A stretch of 63,602 bases of DNA, the filler included, from Octopus bimaculoides (taxonomy: Eukaryota), in NCBI RefSeq assembly GCF_001194135.2. It is 4 parts of 4 records of this genome, joined end to end, with 100 filler letters (N's around TTAATTAATTAA, not from the genome) between each part and the next. Parts side by side here need not be neighbours in the genome. Positions count along the whole stretch, not along the records: positions 16,900 to 45,830 come from NC_068988.1; positions 45,931 to 60,231 come from NC_068997.1; 2 more parts are not named here. One strand, 5' to 3'. The stretch's first letter is position 1; the number at the start of each line of letters is the position of its first letter. The notes beneath the pieces were generated by a model. It ran no database searches. It worked only from the letters and a program-made list of their open reading frames with translations, and was not told the DNA's origin. Shown in pieces: positions 37,635 through 50,291 of the stretch. The position numbers were made by a program, and so were the translations under genes.

Positions 37635-38262
37635 GATAAAATCTTAATAAGAATTTATGAAGTAGTCAGCGTGAAAAAAACCTCATAATGAAAAAAAATT
37701 CATCATTTTTTTCCATAAATATATATAATTTATATAAAGGGCATTAACTGTGTAGTAATGGCTCACGCTTCGAGGGACTAAACAAGTAAAAAAAACTACC
37801 AAAAAATAAGCAACATATTTACCCTCGCTTTTAGTAANNNNNNNNNNNNNNNNNNNNNNNNNNNNNNNNNNNNNNNNNNNNNNNNNNNNNNNNNNNNNNN
37901 NNNNNNNNNNNNNNNNNNNNNNNNNNNNNNNNNNNNNNNNNNNNNNNNNNNNNNNNNNNNNNNNNNNNNNNNNNNNNNNNNNNNNNNNNNNNNNNNNNNN
38001 NNNNNNNNNNNNNNNNNNNNNNNNNNNTATATATATATATATATATCTTTCTCTTACACACGTATGCAAGTGTAGGTGTGTGTGCACATGTTTTCACATA
38101 CATATGTACATGAGTATGCCTATATGACTCAAAATTTACATAATTAAGTGCCAAAATTATACTCAAATTAAGTATTAATTAAATATTACTGAAATGACAT
38201 TTGAAAGTGAGAAAATTTTAGCGCAAACAATGTAGAAATAAAATATGGAAGTTATAACTTAC

Positions 38263-38377
38263 TTTGGTGTGAGCTCGAGTGAGACACTAAATTGTTCATC
38301 ATCAGTGTATATTATTCTTTCATCAGTCATTTCACCACAATCCTCACCAGTAGCTTCAACATAGTAATTTTCAATCT
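38263..38377 (-). CDS. BMI1: BMI1/Psc-like internal exon (start of RAWUL), the most 5' exon visible
   Basis: A 115-bp exon (tttcattatccag / gtaagt) of phase 1-2 encodes IENYYVEATGEDCGEMTDERIIYTDDEQFSVSLELTP (human [31 protein letters not shown]). Confidence 0.9.
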
Positions 38378-38791
38378 CTGGATAATGAAATAAATTATAC
38401 TAAGTTACTTTAAGTTATCAAAGCTTGAAAGGTCATTTCTATTTTACTAATTGTTACAAATTTCAATGACTGCTATTTCAAACGAATTTAGCTCTTATCT
38501 TCCACCTATATTTTAATACACCAACCTTCTGAAACACTCTTATGGAATATTATTCATGCTGGACACCAAAAATTTATATCACTTCTTGATTTTATTACTT
38601 CTGTCTGCAATAATTAATATTACTGATGTTTTAACTTAAACTAATCACGAAACTCTACATTTATAGCGATAAAAGTAAGCTGTTATAATTACAGGTATAT
38701 ATGCATATGGGGGCAGATTAACATACAGTTCTACTCACATTTACGAACGCATACGCGCATGCACACGCACACGCGCACATACACAAGCATA

Positions 38792-38828
<37 letters not shown>

Positions 38829-38894
38829 ACACATACACGCGCGCGCGTGCACTCACACACACACACACACACACGCACACATGTATAGCATTTT

Positions 38895-40050
38895 ATAGAT
38901 CTTTAACTGATTGCTACGTTTCGTGGTCTGGTGGTCACCGAGAAAAACTACGTGCGGATTTGAAAGAGCGGTACAAGCCGGGTACAGCGATGCAGCCTGC
39001 AAATTGAGACTTGGCAATAAGTTCAGTGAGGAATTTAGCGTACAGGTAAGTAAGTGTTCATCAAGGCTTGGTCTCTACCCCTTCTGTTTATTAAAGTTTT
39101 TCAAGTTATAACAAGTTTAAGACCAGCTGTCCTTGGAAACTCCTATGTGCTAATGACGTACTTTTTATAGCAGTAACAGCAGAAGACTGACAGAAGAAAT
39201 TCTAGACGTAGAAGCAAAACCTAGAATTAGACTAAAATTTTAATGGATAGCAAAGAAAACAAGACTCTTATGTTATCCAGGATATGGCCATGTTCGTTCT
39301 GCAGTGTCTTCAATATGATCAGTAAAATCGCAAGAGGACTAGTGGAATCAAAGGCGAGTTAACAATGAATGATAACTTTATTTAAAGCAGATCTACCGGT
39401 GTATACATCAGTCAAATCATCAGCAAAACAAAAATTCTTTTTAATGTTGTGAAGGTTCTATAGATGTAGTTGATATCTCCTTTTTTTATTTTTTTATGCG
39501 CCCTTTTAAAGCCTAGCCAGGCTCATGGGCCCTGTTTCCCGGTTTCTATGGCGTATGTGTATTATGTATATTAATTAATATTAATTAAGTTCAGAGAGCT
39601 TCTTGCTGGCAGCAAGAAGTTTCTCTCTTTGAGAAAGGGTAAATTGCGCGTTGCTTGAGTAAGGACCGCTATACTGTATCGCAAAAATGCGGACACTGAA
39701 TGCAGATGTGCAGAAAATAGAGAGAAAGAAAACATGCTCTCTTAATGTGAACTGTCGTTGTGCGTGGTGCAGATGAGCTGAGAGTTAAACTGGGTATAAA
39801 AGGATTCAAATGCAGTGTGCAAAGGACACGGCTTTGTTGGTACGGACATATAATATGTATGTATGTATGTATGTTAAAATATTAGCAAAAAAAGTAGGAA
39901 GAAAACCAATTTGAAGGAAGCTGAAAGAGGAATGCCAAGGTTGATATGGACAGAAACTGTGAAAGCTGATCTCAAGGTGCTGAGCCTCACGAACGAGATT
40001 AGTAAGGGACGCAACAGATAGCTGGGGAGTACATAGCCAACCCATACCAG
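38895..40050 (+). mobile_element. Decayed RTE-type LINE (RT to 3' end), intronic
   Basis: VVWWSPRK...RAVQAGYSDAACKLRLGNKFSEEFSVQV is followed by CPWKLLCANDV (YADD region), KFRELL... and RG.PR..W.ETVKADL blocks. It is heavily mutated. Confidence 0.75.
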
Positions 40051-40149
40051 TGGATGCACAGATGATTGTGTATGTATGCGAATGCACGAAGTTCCATATT
40101 TGGTCTCACTAGGGTATTTTGGTAGATGGAAACTGTTGAAGCTCGTCGG

Positions 40150-40300
40150 GCGGATTGTACTTGTAATTCTAAAAATACAGCTTTGTTACACTCACTGTGC
40201 CAAACTGATTCTGCTTGTGATTTACGTTAAGGGTACACGTGTCTGCGGAATGCTCAGCCAAAGTGCAGGTAATTCACTTGATCAAACAACTGATCCGCAT
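40150..40300 (+). mobile_element. SINE family C 3' fragment
   Basis: TTTGTTACACTC...TACGTTAAGGGTACACGTGTCTGCGGAATGCTCAGCC matches 15990-16070. Confidence 0.5.
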
Positions 40301-40397
40301 CATCGAAAGCTAGAGATCCATCAACACCACCATCCATACAAACACCCACTCGTACACTATTTCTATCTATCTATCCATCTATCTATCTATCTATCTA

Positions 40398-40443
<46 letters not shown>

Positions 40444-40468
40444 CGTCCGTCCGTCCATCCATCCATCC

Positions 40469-40536
<68 letters not shown>

Positions 40537-41393
40537 CACACATATGTTTCCACACTAAGCCAGCGTTTACAACCAAAGGGATCGGCGTATAATTCAGAAA
40601 CTAACGCGAAGAAAAATTCTGTAACTTCTAAATATGTTGATGAAATGTAAAATCTTCACATGTCACGCAATAAATCCTAAGCGTAAATGATACAACACAA
40701 TAGTTGTGCAAACAAACACTAAGGAACATTTTCCCAAGTACATATGGAATTTAGGGATACCTGATTTTGGGCGCAATACAGAATGATAGGAAATAGCGTT
40801 CAAAGAAAGGACACTCGACTGATTGGCAAAACGTTTCCAAACAACCCCACAGATGTGCTACTTCTCTCTACCGTGTCTACCACTATTACAGTGGCCTTTG
40901 TTTATCGGAATATGCTGATCTCATTCCACCTCCACTCAGGTACTCCTAACTCATTCGTCTCTCCTTCTATCCTCACCTATATTGTGTCTAACAAGATCTT
41001 TCCATTCTTAATTTTCACGGGCACATTTTTATTGCCTCTCCAACGAGTCAAATCTTCAATATATGACATAGTGGTCTGGTATCATTTCTATTTGCTACTC
41101 CCTAAACTTCACTAATTTTCCCTACTATCCATGGTTTCTTATCTCTCCAAAATCATTTGCTCATCTATTTGTCAGCAGCTTCATGGTTGTCCTCGAACAT
41201 TTGGCGTCTCTGTTCAGCTCTTTTCTCTCATCTAGCTAAGTTTTAGGTTTTACGCATCTTTCCTTTTAAGTGCTTTTTCTTTCGCCCGATGGTTGTTTTG
41301 CCTCTTTCCAGAACTGTTTTTTTTTTTTAATATTCACCCTTGCTCTCCAAGATACACACACATACGCGAGCGCGCGCTCTCACGTACATGCAT

Positions 41394-41450
<57 letters not shown>

Positions 41451-41907
41451 NNNNNNNNNNNNNNNNNNNNNNNNNNNNNNNNNNNNNNNNNNNNNNNNNN
41501 NNNNNNNNNNNNNNNNNNNNNNNNNNNNNNNNNNNNNNNNNNNNNNNNNNNNNNNNNNNNNNNNNNNNNNNNNNNNNNNNNNNNNNNNNNNNNNNNNNNN
41601 NNNNNNNNNNNNNNNNNNNNNNNNNNNNNNNNNNNNNNNNNNNNNNNNNNNNNNNNNNNNNNNNNNNNNNNNNNNNNNNNNNNNNNNNNNNNNNNNNNNN
41701 NNNNNNNNNNNNNNNNNNNNNNNNNNNNNNNNNNNNNNNNNNNNNNNNNNNNNNNNNNNNNNNNNNNNNNNNNNNNNNNNNNNNNNNNNNNNNNNNNNNN
41801 NNNNNNNNNNNNNNNNNNNNNNNNNNNNNNNNNNNNNNNNNNNNNNNNNNNNNNNNNNNNNNNNNNNNNNNNNNNNNNNNNNNNNNNNNNNNNNNNNNNN
41901 NNNNNNN

Positions 41908-41947
<40 letters not shown>

Positions 41948-42459
41948 TATATATGTATATATGTATATATGTATATATTCATATACAAAGAATCAATTTC
42001 CATATATACGTATATGTAGAAATATATCTATCTATATGTGTGCGTGTGTGCGTGTGCGTGCGTGCTCGCGCATGTGTGTGTGTATGCACACGCTAACACA
42101 CATATGCTCGTATATATTTTTGTAATATTTTCACATATCGTATCCTGGGTCAACCAAGACAAAAGCTTTAGCCATGCTGGGAACAACATTTCTAATTGTG
42201 TTTCATAGTCTAATTGTGTTTCATTTCTGTATTGTTTCTGGTGAAGTAGCGACTTCTTGTCGTAGTTAAAATGAAATATTTATCTCGACCAGTGCACCAT
42301 AACCGATATGTGTGGTATACTGGTGTGCCATGCGACGATGCCGCAGTGTAACCTGAATATTATTTTTTCTCTTATACTTTTAGTTATATTTTTAGATCAG
42401 GTGTGACGTCGAATTTTGAATATGATATAAATGAACCGCAAATGTAAAAAGGTTGCGGA

Positions 42460-42600
42460 GCACTGACCTAGACGTTCTTTAAAACAACCACATCTACAAC
42501 TTGCAAGTCTCTGAGGTTGTCTGGCAGTGGTATGAATAGTTGAGGTTTTAAAAAAACACACATGGTTTTTACTCCAGATGGATAAGACGGGATCTTTGGG
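42460..42600 (-). mobile_element. CR1/L2-type LINE 3' end fragment
   Basis: PQLFIPLPDNLRDLQVVDVVV parallels LFNILPKSLHKVDVGVFK in the copy at 43320. Confidence 0.45.
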
Positions 42601-42624
42601 CTTATGGAGCGCCATAAACAAATA

Positions 42625-42664
<40 letters not shown>

Positions 42665-43319
42665 TATATATATATATTATATACAGTATATATATATATA
42701 TATATGTTATATACATATTTATTGTATATATTACATGTCATANNNNNNNNNNNNNNNNNNNNNNNNNNNNNNNNNNNNNNNNNNNNNNNNNNNNNNNNNN
42801 NNNNNNNNNNNNNNNNNNNNNNNNNNNNNNNNNNNNNNNNNNNNNNNNNNNNNNNNNNNNNNNNNNNNNNNNNNNNNNNNNNNNNNNNNNNNNNNNNNNN
42901 NNNNNNNNNNNNNNNNNNNNNNNNNNNNNNNNNNNNNNNNNNNNNNNNNNNNNNNNNNNNNNNNNNNNNNNNNNNNNNNNNNNNNNNNNNNNNNNNNNNN
43001 NNNNNNNNNNNNNNNNNNNNNNNNNNNNNNNNNNNNNNNNNNNNNNNNNNNNNNNNNNNNNNNNNNNNNNNNNNNNNNNNNNNNNNNNNNNNNNNNNNNN
43101 NNNNNNNNNNNNNNNNNNNNNNNNNNNNNNNNNNNNNNNNNNNNNNNNNNNNNNNNNNNNNNNNNNNNNNNNNNNNNNNNNNNNNNNNNNNNNNNNNNNN
43201 NNNNNNNNNNNNNNNNNNNNNNNNNNNNNNNNNNNNNNNNNNNNNNNNNNNNNNNNNNNNNNNNNNNNNNNNNNNNNNNNNNNNNNNNNNNNCCTCACAT
43301 GGTAAGTTGTAATATATAT

Positions 43320-44562
43320 AAGAAATTTAAAAACACCTACATCCACTTTGTGTAGGCTCTTTGGGAGAATATTAAAAACTGCGAGTCTCTGAAACCCAGC
43401 CGGTTGCAGTAACTGTTCCTGAAGCGCGAAGGCATTGTTGGCATCTTTCGCTCTGCTCAATGTTGACCCGTTCTGGCATTTGTGTAGCTTTCAATGTCAA
43501 ACTTTGGCACATTCTCTTGCAGGATCTTTCATATGTATATTACTGTATATATCTCCCACCTTGGGTCCAGGAAATATAGTCTTAGCTATTTCAGCCTTTC
43601 CCAGTAGCTGAGCTGTTGCATTGACACGATTTCTACGTGAAGCTTCGCAGGATTGCTTCAAGGTCCACTGTTAATTTTACACTGTTGGGTGACCATTGCT
43701 GGGAGCAATAATACAGGCGGCTGAGGATGAATGTCCTCCAGGGGATCATCATAGTTTCCTTCTCTCTGGTTCTTAAGATTCTCAGGATCCATCAAGCCAG
43801 CCGCCTGCACTTTGTTGCCATCTTGGTAATATGTACTTGGAAAAAGGTACCATAACTCATATCGATACCCATATCCCGCACTGATTTAGGCTCTGGGATT
43901 GTAATATCCTGTGGGCCAGTGTACCCTGTAAGTTTCACATTCAGTGTCGGGTGCTGTTAGCTCAGGGTATGGGAATTTCCAGCATTAAACTGCATATTAT
44001 AGTCCTCAGCCCATCTGCAAAATTGAGTCCAACTCCTACTGCAGGTGTGCAACATCGCTGGGGTTCTGTATTTTCTGCGAGACTTTCATATCGTTTGCAT
44101 ATCTAGCAAGTGTAGTTATCGGGGCAGCTGATGGCATATCTGAAAGGGCCACTATGAAAAATTGTGGTCCCAAGACAATGCCCTGTGGAACAACTATCAA
44201 TATTTGTTGTTTTTTTTTGTTTTTCTTTTGTGGTGGCTCCATTGGTCACTACTGCTTGGCTTCTATCTTTCAGAAAGTCATGTTACCACTCTCTCAGTTT
44301 TCCAGTTATGCCGAGATTACGCAGCTTGTGACATATCATACCATGATCTACTTTATCAAAAGCTTTTGCAAAGTGAAGGTATATTACGTCCACATTTGAC
44401 TTGTTGAGTAACTGCCTCAACACCCAGTCACAGTGCTGTAAAAGTTAGGTCAGGTAGCTCCGACCTGGTCGAAAGCCATGCTGGGTATCACTCAGCAAGT
44501 CGTTTTCTTCAAGTAGTGTGATTAGTTTCCCTCTGACTACCCGTTCCATGACTTTGCTGATG
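43320..44562 (-). mobile_element. Decayed CR1/L2-type LINE reverse transcriptase remnant
   Basis: ISKVMERVV...QHGFRPGRS...VDVIYLHFAKAFDKVDHG...VPQGIVLGP..FIV...YANDMKV...WAEDYNMQFNAG...ILSRLYYCSQQWSP appear in RT order, with stops and frameshifts. Confidence 0.85.
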
Positions 44563-44584
44563 CTAACAACCCCTAAAACCATGA

Positions 44585-45824
44585 CGTAAAATATTTGAGG
44601 ACAGATTTATGTTAAAACAGATATATATATATAATAACAAATATTAACTTTATTTATCACAAAATGCTATGGGGATAAAAAATAAACCTTCTTTTCTACA
44701 ATGTTATTCAATAAAGCCGCCTTCAGCCTCAACAACTGCTTCTATATGAGATCTAGACGATCTACATGCTCGAATCAAGCGGTCCCGGTTCATTTTGGAC
44801 ATTACTCTGATTATGGCAGCTTTCAAAAAATCTTTAGTGTTATGGGCGTGTTCATCGACCTCTCTCTCAACAATAATGAATTGAGATCTGGGGAATTAGG
44901 GCGTCAAATGTTAGGGGTTTTGTGATCATGAACATTTTCAGCCATCCATCCCTATGTTACGAGAGCCATGTGTGATAGTGCAGAGTCTTACTGAAACACA
45001 TATGGCCTTCCATTGTCTATACACTGTCTATCCAGGCCTTAACAATTATTTCCAGGACCTCAATGTAGGTGGCAGGGTTAACTCTAAGGCCTTGTAGAAA
45101 GAAGTAAAGAAGCATCACATGTCCTTCATTGCTAATAACCCCTAAAACCATGACAGTTGCAGGAAATTTTGTATGCATAACACTTGGAACTTCAGAAGGG
45201 TCAGCTCATAAGCATCTGTCATTTCTTCTGTTAACTTTTTGATCTTGGTCGAAGTTTTTCTTGGTTTAGAAAAATCCAAATAAAATCTTCTGCTGGATTT
45301 TTCAGTTTGTTTAAGAGCCTTTTAGATTTGATGTAGTGATTTTCCTTTGCTTTCTTTGACAAATTGACCTTTCCTCATCATGTAAGACTTATATCTGGTG
45401 TCTTCGTTGACAACATTTCTGACTGTACCTTCTAACACATGGAGATCTTTTGCAATTGACCTGATGGACTTTCTGGGATTGTAATCAATGGTCTGTTGAA
45501 CTTGGTGGATAAATTCAGGTGTTCTGATGAGTTCAGAGTAATTAGAATGCTTTTTATGCTTTGATACTGGTGAAACGTCCCCATCTTTAGTCAGTAGCTC
45601 CTTACAAATTTCGTAGACGAAAGATCTGGCAACTTTTAAAAATCGAGACATCTCTCAATCGCTATGCTCAGCCTTTATAACCACAATAACAGCATGCCTC
45701 TTCATTTCCTGAGTAAGCTGAGGAGCTGCGATTATTATTTTCTGAAACAATGATTGTACAGAGTTAGCAAAAAATGCAGCAATGACTCCCAAAAGGTATG
45801 TCCTCAAATACCTTACGCGCCCTG
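44585..45824 (-). mobile_element. Tc1/mariner maT (DD37D)-like transposon, nearly full length, inactivated
   Basis: ATG at 45705 (MKRHAVIV...RFLKVARSFV, HTH region), then DQDQKVNRRND..., VMHTKFPATVMVLGVISNEG, FQ*DSA...PNSPDLN and GGFIE* at 44704. The TIR CAGGGCGCGTAAGGTATTTGAGGACA plus TA is at 45824, and a truncated matching TIR is at 44585. Confidence 0.85.
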
Positions 45825-45830
45825 TATATA

Positions 45831-45930
45831 NNNNNNNNNNNNNNNNNNNNNNNNNNNNNNNNNNNNNNNNNNNNTTAATTAATTAANNNNNNNNNNNNNN
45901 NNNNNNNNNNNNNNNNNNNNNNNNNNNNNN
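45831..45930. other. Artificial 100-bp assembly spacer (44N-TTAATTAATTAA-44N)
   Basis: Identical to 16800-16899 and 60232-60331. Confidence 0.9.
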
Positions 45931-45977
<47 letters not shown>

Positions 45978-45996
45978 ATATACATATACATATTGT

Positions 45997-46150
45997 ATAT
46001 GAAAGGGCTTCTACACAATTTCTCTCTACCAAATTCATTCACAGGGATTTGGTCAACCGAGAGATATGGTCGTAGACCCTTGCTCAAGGTGCTGTGCCGT
46101 GGGACTGAACCAGACACCACGTCGTTACAAAGCTATCTTCTTGACCACAC
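45997..46150 (-). mobile_element. SINE family A 5' half (diverged)
   Basis: CTACCAAATTCATTCACAGGGATTTGGTCAACC...CAAGGTGCTGTGCCGTGGGACTGAACC is the reverse complement of the family A head and core. Confidence 0.6.
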
Positions 46151-47040
46151 CTTTTTCACATAACAAACATTAACAAATTGTTCGATATAGGATGAGCCCC
46201 ACCTGCCCTTTTATAACCAAATGTTTCATGAGGTAGCCATTAAGATCAAGTTCCCTTAGAAAAACAAAGATATACAGCCTTGCTTTTGTTTTATATAAAC
46301 GCAGTGTAACTACCATCACGTGTATCTACTTTTCTCCTCTTTCTTCTCCTCATCTTATGATTAATCGTATAAAACAACGAAAAATAGAAATTAAATTAAT
46401 TTAATTAATAAATAAAATTAATATCAGGTAATTTATATCCAATTATATTCCAACCAGACTATAAATATACGAACACATTATGAAATATTATAAAAAGAAA
46501 TCTTCAGATTAAAACAAAGAAAAAACAAACAAACAAACAAACAAATAAAAACAAACAAAAACACGCCCCAAAACACAACATGAATTAACAATTATATCAT
46601 AAATAAAAATAGCAAAACAAAACCCTTAATTATAAAAATCTCACCACTTTTACCAAACTCCACCACAGAAATTATTACAAATTGTTTTAAACTAGCTAAA
46701 ATGATTATTATATTTTTTTTTTAAATTTAATAAATTTAAGTTTGCCATAGCAAATCTAATTACGCTTACATAATCAGCAAATTTAATTAACTGTAATAGC
46801 ACCACCTCTCTTTCAGTAAATAACCAATGGAACTTCCTGTTCCTTAAACTAATGGTTACACATGACATCCCTGCCCATTTCCATTTTCACAATGCCCCCT
46901 ATATAAGTACATCTTGCTGATTCAGCCTTTGCCGACCCGAGACGTGGTCGTACTAAAACAAAGAGCGAAACAGCTTGTGCATTTACATTATTTACATTTT
47001 TTGCATTTGACGGATATTTGTCCTCATCTTGTTTGTTGTT

Positions 47041-47086
47041 AACACAACGTTTCGGCTGATATACCCTCCAGCCTTCATCAGGTGTC
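47041..47086 (-). ncRNA. Minimal type I hammerhead ribozyme motif (Penelope-type)
   Basis: Minus strand reads GACAC-CUGAUGA-A-GGCUG(GAGGGUAUAU)CAGCC-GAAA-CGUU-GUGUU. It has a 5-bp stem I, intact core, 5-bp stem II and palindromic ACGU helix III. Predicted cleavage is after GUU (47046/47045). Confidence 0.7.
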
Positions 47087-48745
47087 TTGGGGAAATTTCG
47101 AACCTGGGTTCTCATTCCTAAGGTATTTTTCGATCTTCTTCTTATTCTTCTTCTTCTTCTTCTTCTTCTTCTTCTTNNNNNNNNNNNNNNNNNNNNNNNN
47201 NNNNNNNNNNNNNNNNNNNNNNNNNNNNNNNNNNNNNNNNNNNNNNNNNNNNNNNNNNNNNNNNNNNNNNNNNNNNNNNNNNNNNNNNNNNNNNNNNNNN
47301 NNNNNNNNNNNNNNNNNNNNNNNNNNNNNNNNNNNNNNNNNNNNNNNNNNNNNNNNNNNNNNNNNNNNNNNNNNNNNNNNNNNNNNNNNNNNNNNNNNNN
47401 NNNNNNNNNNNNNNNNNNNNNNNNNNNNNNNNNNNNNNNNNNNNNNNNNNNNNNNNNNNNNNNNNNNNNNNNNNNNNNNNNNNNNNNNNNNNNNNNNNNN
47501 NNNNNNNNNNNNNNNNNNNNNNNNNNNNNNNNNNNNNNNNNNNNNNNNNNNNNNNNNNNNNNNNNNNNNNNNNNNNNNNNNNNNNNNNNNNNNNNNNNNN
47601 NNNNNNNNNNNNNNNNNNNNNNNNNNNNNNNNNNNNNNNNNNNNNNNNNNNNNNNNNNNNNNNNNNNNNNNNNNNNNNNNNNNNNNNNNNNNNNNNNNNN
47701 NNNNNNNNNNNNNNNNNNNNNNNNNNNNNNNNNNNNNNNNNNNNNNNNNNNNNNNNNNNNNNNNNNNNNNNNNNNNNNNNNNNNNNNNNNNNNNNNNNNN
47801 NNNNNNNNNNNNNNNNNNNNNNNNNNNNNNNNNNNNNNNNNNNNNNNNNNNNNNNNNNNNNNNNNNNNNNNNNNNNNNNNNNNNNNNNNNNNNNNNNNNN
47901 NNNNNNNNNNNNNNNNNNNNNNNNNNNNNNNNNNNNNNNNNNNNNNNNNNNNNNNNNNNNNNNNNNNNNNNNNNNNNNNNNNNNNNNNNNNNNNNNNNNN
48001 NNNNNNNNNNNNNNNNNNNNNNNNNNNNNNNNNNNNNNNNNNNNNNNNNNNNNNNNNNNNNNNNNNNNNNNNNNNNNNNNNNNNNNNNNNNNNNNNNNNN
48101 NNNNNNNNNGACGAAATGTCACTAAATATTTTGTCCGGCATGCTAACAATCTTATCAGCTTGCTGCCTTTTAACGTATGTATTCGGACTAAGATACGAGA
48201 AATACGAATGTTTGCTGTCACTGTCACTCTCTCACACACACACACCCTCTCTATTTGTCGTTTGGCAACATCTTTAACAGAAACTTATCTTTGTGTGACA
48301 CCGAACAAATACACTTGCTGATTATTACATGTCTGTGTGCGCGCGGTCACGTATGTGTCTATCTGAGTGTATGAGTGTGCTTTTTTCTATCTGTGTGTGT
48401 GTGTGTTTGAGTGTATGAGTGTGTTCTTTTTGTATTTGTGTGTGAGTGTGTGTATGTGTGTGTGTGTGTTCATGCGTGCACACTTCAATGGATGTTGGAT
48501 GATGCGGGTGTTGAGCAAACAGCAATGATTTAAAACGGGATTACTAGGAGGAGGAGGAGGAGGAGGAGGTGGAGGAGTCGTAGTAAGAGGAAGATATTGA
48601 GATAGTGATAGATTAAGAGAGAGAAGCAAGGAGACAGGGAAAGAGAGAAAGAGAGAGAGAGAGAGAGGGGGAAGATATAGAATGTGTGGGAGAAATAGGA
48701 ATGGTATTTTAAAGAAAAGATAATTCATACAACACTCACACAAAC

Positions 48746-48800
<55 letters not shown>

Positions 48801-49699
48801 ACCTACCTACCTACCTACCTACTTATCTATCTATCTATCTATCTATCTATACACACACACACACACNNNNNNNNNNNNNNNNNNNNNNNNNNNNNNNNNN
48901 NNNNNNNNNNNNNNNNNNNNNNNNNNNNNNNNNNNNNNNNNNNNNNNNNNNNNNNNNNNNNNNNNNNNNNNNNNNNNNNNNNNNNNNNNNNNNNNNNNNN
49001 NNNNNNNNNNNNNNNNNNNNNNNNNNNNNNNNNNNNNNNNNNNNNNNNNNNNNNNNNNNNNNNNNNNNNNNNNNNNNNNNNNNNNNNNNNNNNNNNNNNN
49101 NNNNNNNNNNNNNNNNNNNNNNNNNNNNNNNNNNNNNNNNNNNNNNNNNNNNNNNNNNNNNNNNNNNNNNNNNNNNNNNNNNNNNNNNNNNNNNNNNNNN
49201 NNNNNNNNNNNNNNNNNNNNNNNNNNNNNNNNNNNNNNNNNNNNNNNNNNNNNNNNNNNNNNNNNNNNNNNNNNNNNNNNNNNNNNNNNNNNNNNNNNNN
49301 NNNNNNNNNNNNNNNNNNNNNNNNNNNNNNNNNNNNNNNNNNNNNNNNNNNNNNNNNNNNNNNNNNNNNNNNNNNNNNNNNNNNNNNNNNNNNNNNNNNN
49401 NNNNNNNNNNNNNNNNNNNNNNNNNNNNNNNNNNNNNNNNNNNNNNNNNNNNNNNNNNNNNNNNNNNNNNNNNNNNNNNNNNNNNNNNNNNNNNNNNNNN
49501 NNNNNNNNNNNNNNNNNNNNNNNNNNNNNNNNNNNNNNNNNNNNNNNNNNNNNNNNNNNNNNNNNNNNNNNNNNNNNNNNNNNNNNNNNNNNNNNNNNNN
49601 NNNNNNNNNNNNNNNNNNNNNNNNNNNNNNNNNNNNNNNAGAATGTTGTACTTATTAACATTTCACAAGATTTGTCAATATGAACGGATCCCTTCATTA

Positions 49700-50170
49700 G
49701 CATGATCACCATCGCCCGACACCACCACCACCACCACCACCACAACCATCATCATCATCATCAATATAATCGACGTTTCTCTCGTCATTTATTGATAGAT
49801 CAATGAAACGTATCTTGTTTTTTGTTTCTTATTTTTTTGTCTTCTATTTTTTTGTTTTCTTTTTTTGTTTTGTTGTTTTGTATTCCAGTCTCTGTCTTTC
49901 AACAAACAGAATGTATTTATGTTCCGTTTGTAAATAAACTGAGCGGTGCTAGAGATGCTGGCTGTAGTATCGATTACGTCCGTGATGATGATGACGATGA
50001 TGATGATGATGGTGACGGTGATGACACTAATGTTGATATTGATGGCCACGATGATGATGACGACCACGATGATGTTGAAGTTGATGACCACGATGATGTT
50101 GAAGTTGATGATGATGATGACAGCAGCGATGATATGACGACGGTGACGACTACGATGATGATGATGATGG

Positions 50171-50202
<32 letters not shown>

Positions 50203-50209
50203 CTGTTGG

Positions 50210-50291
<82 letters not shown>

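Noticed and set aside
38905-39051. Apparent plus-strand exon with a strong cag/gtaagt donor and a reverse-strand GAAACGUA hammerhead-like piece
   Set aside because: The segment translates as RTE LINE reverse transcriptase (VVWWS...RAVQA...EEFSVQV). There is no CUGANGA core.
40850-41260. Possible LINE endonuclease remnant on the minus strand (ELGVPEWRWNE)
   Set aside because: One weak motif only, too decayed to support a call.
46915-46975. Possible plus-strand hammerhead (CTGATTCAGCCTTTG...CAAAGAGCGAAAC)
   Set aside because: The core reads CUGAUUC rather than CUGANGA and no cleavage triplet or stem I can be placed.
49889-50130. Plus-strand acceptor followed by an Asp-rich frame, considered as a PTEN upstream exon
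   Set aside because: No similarity to any PTEN exon. The acidic run is a (GAT)n microsatellite.
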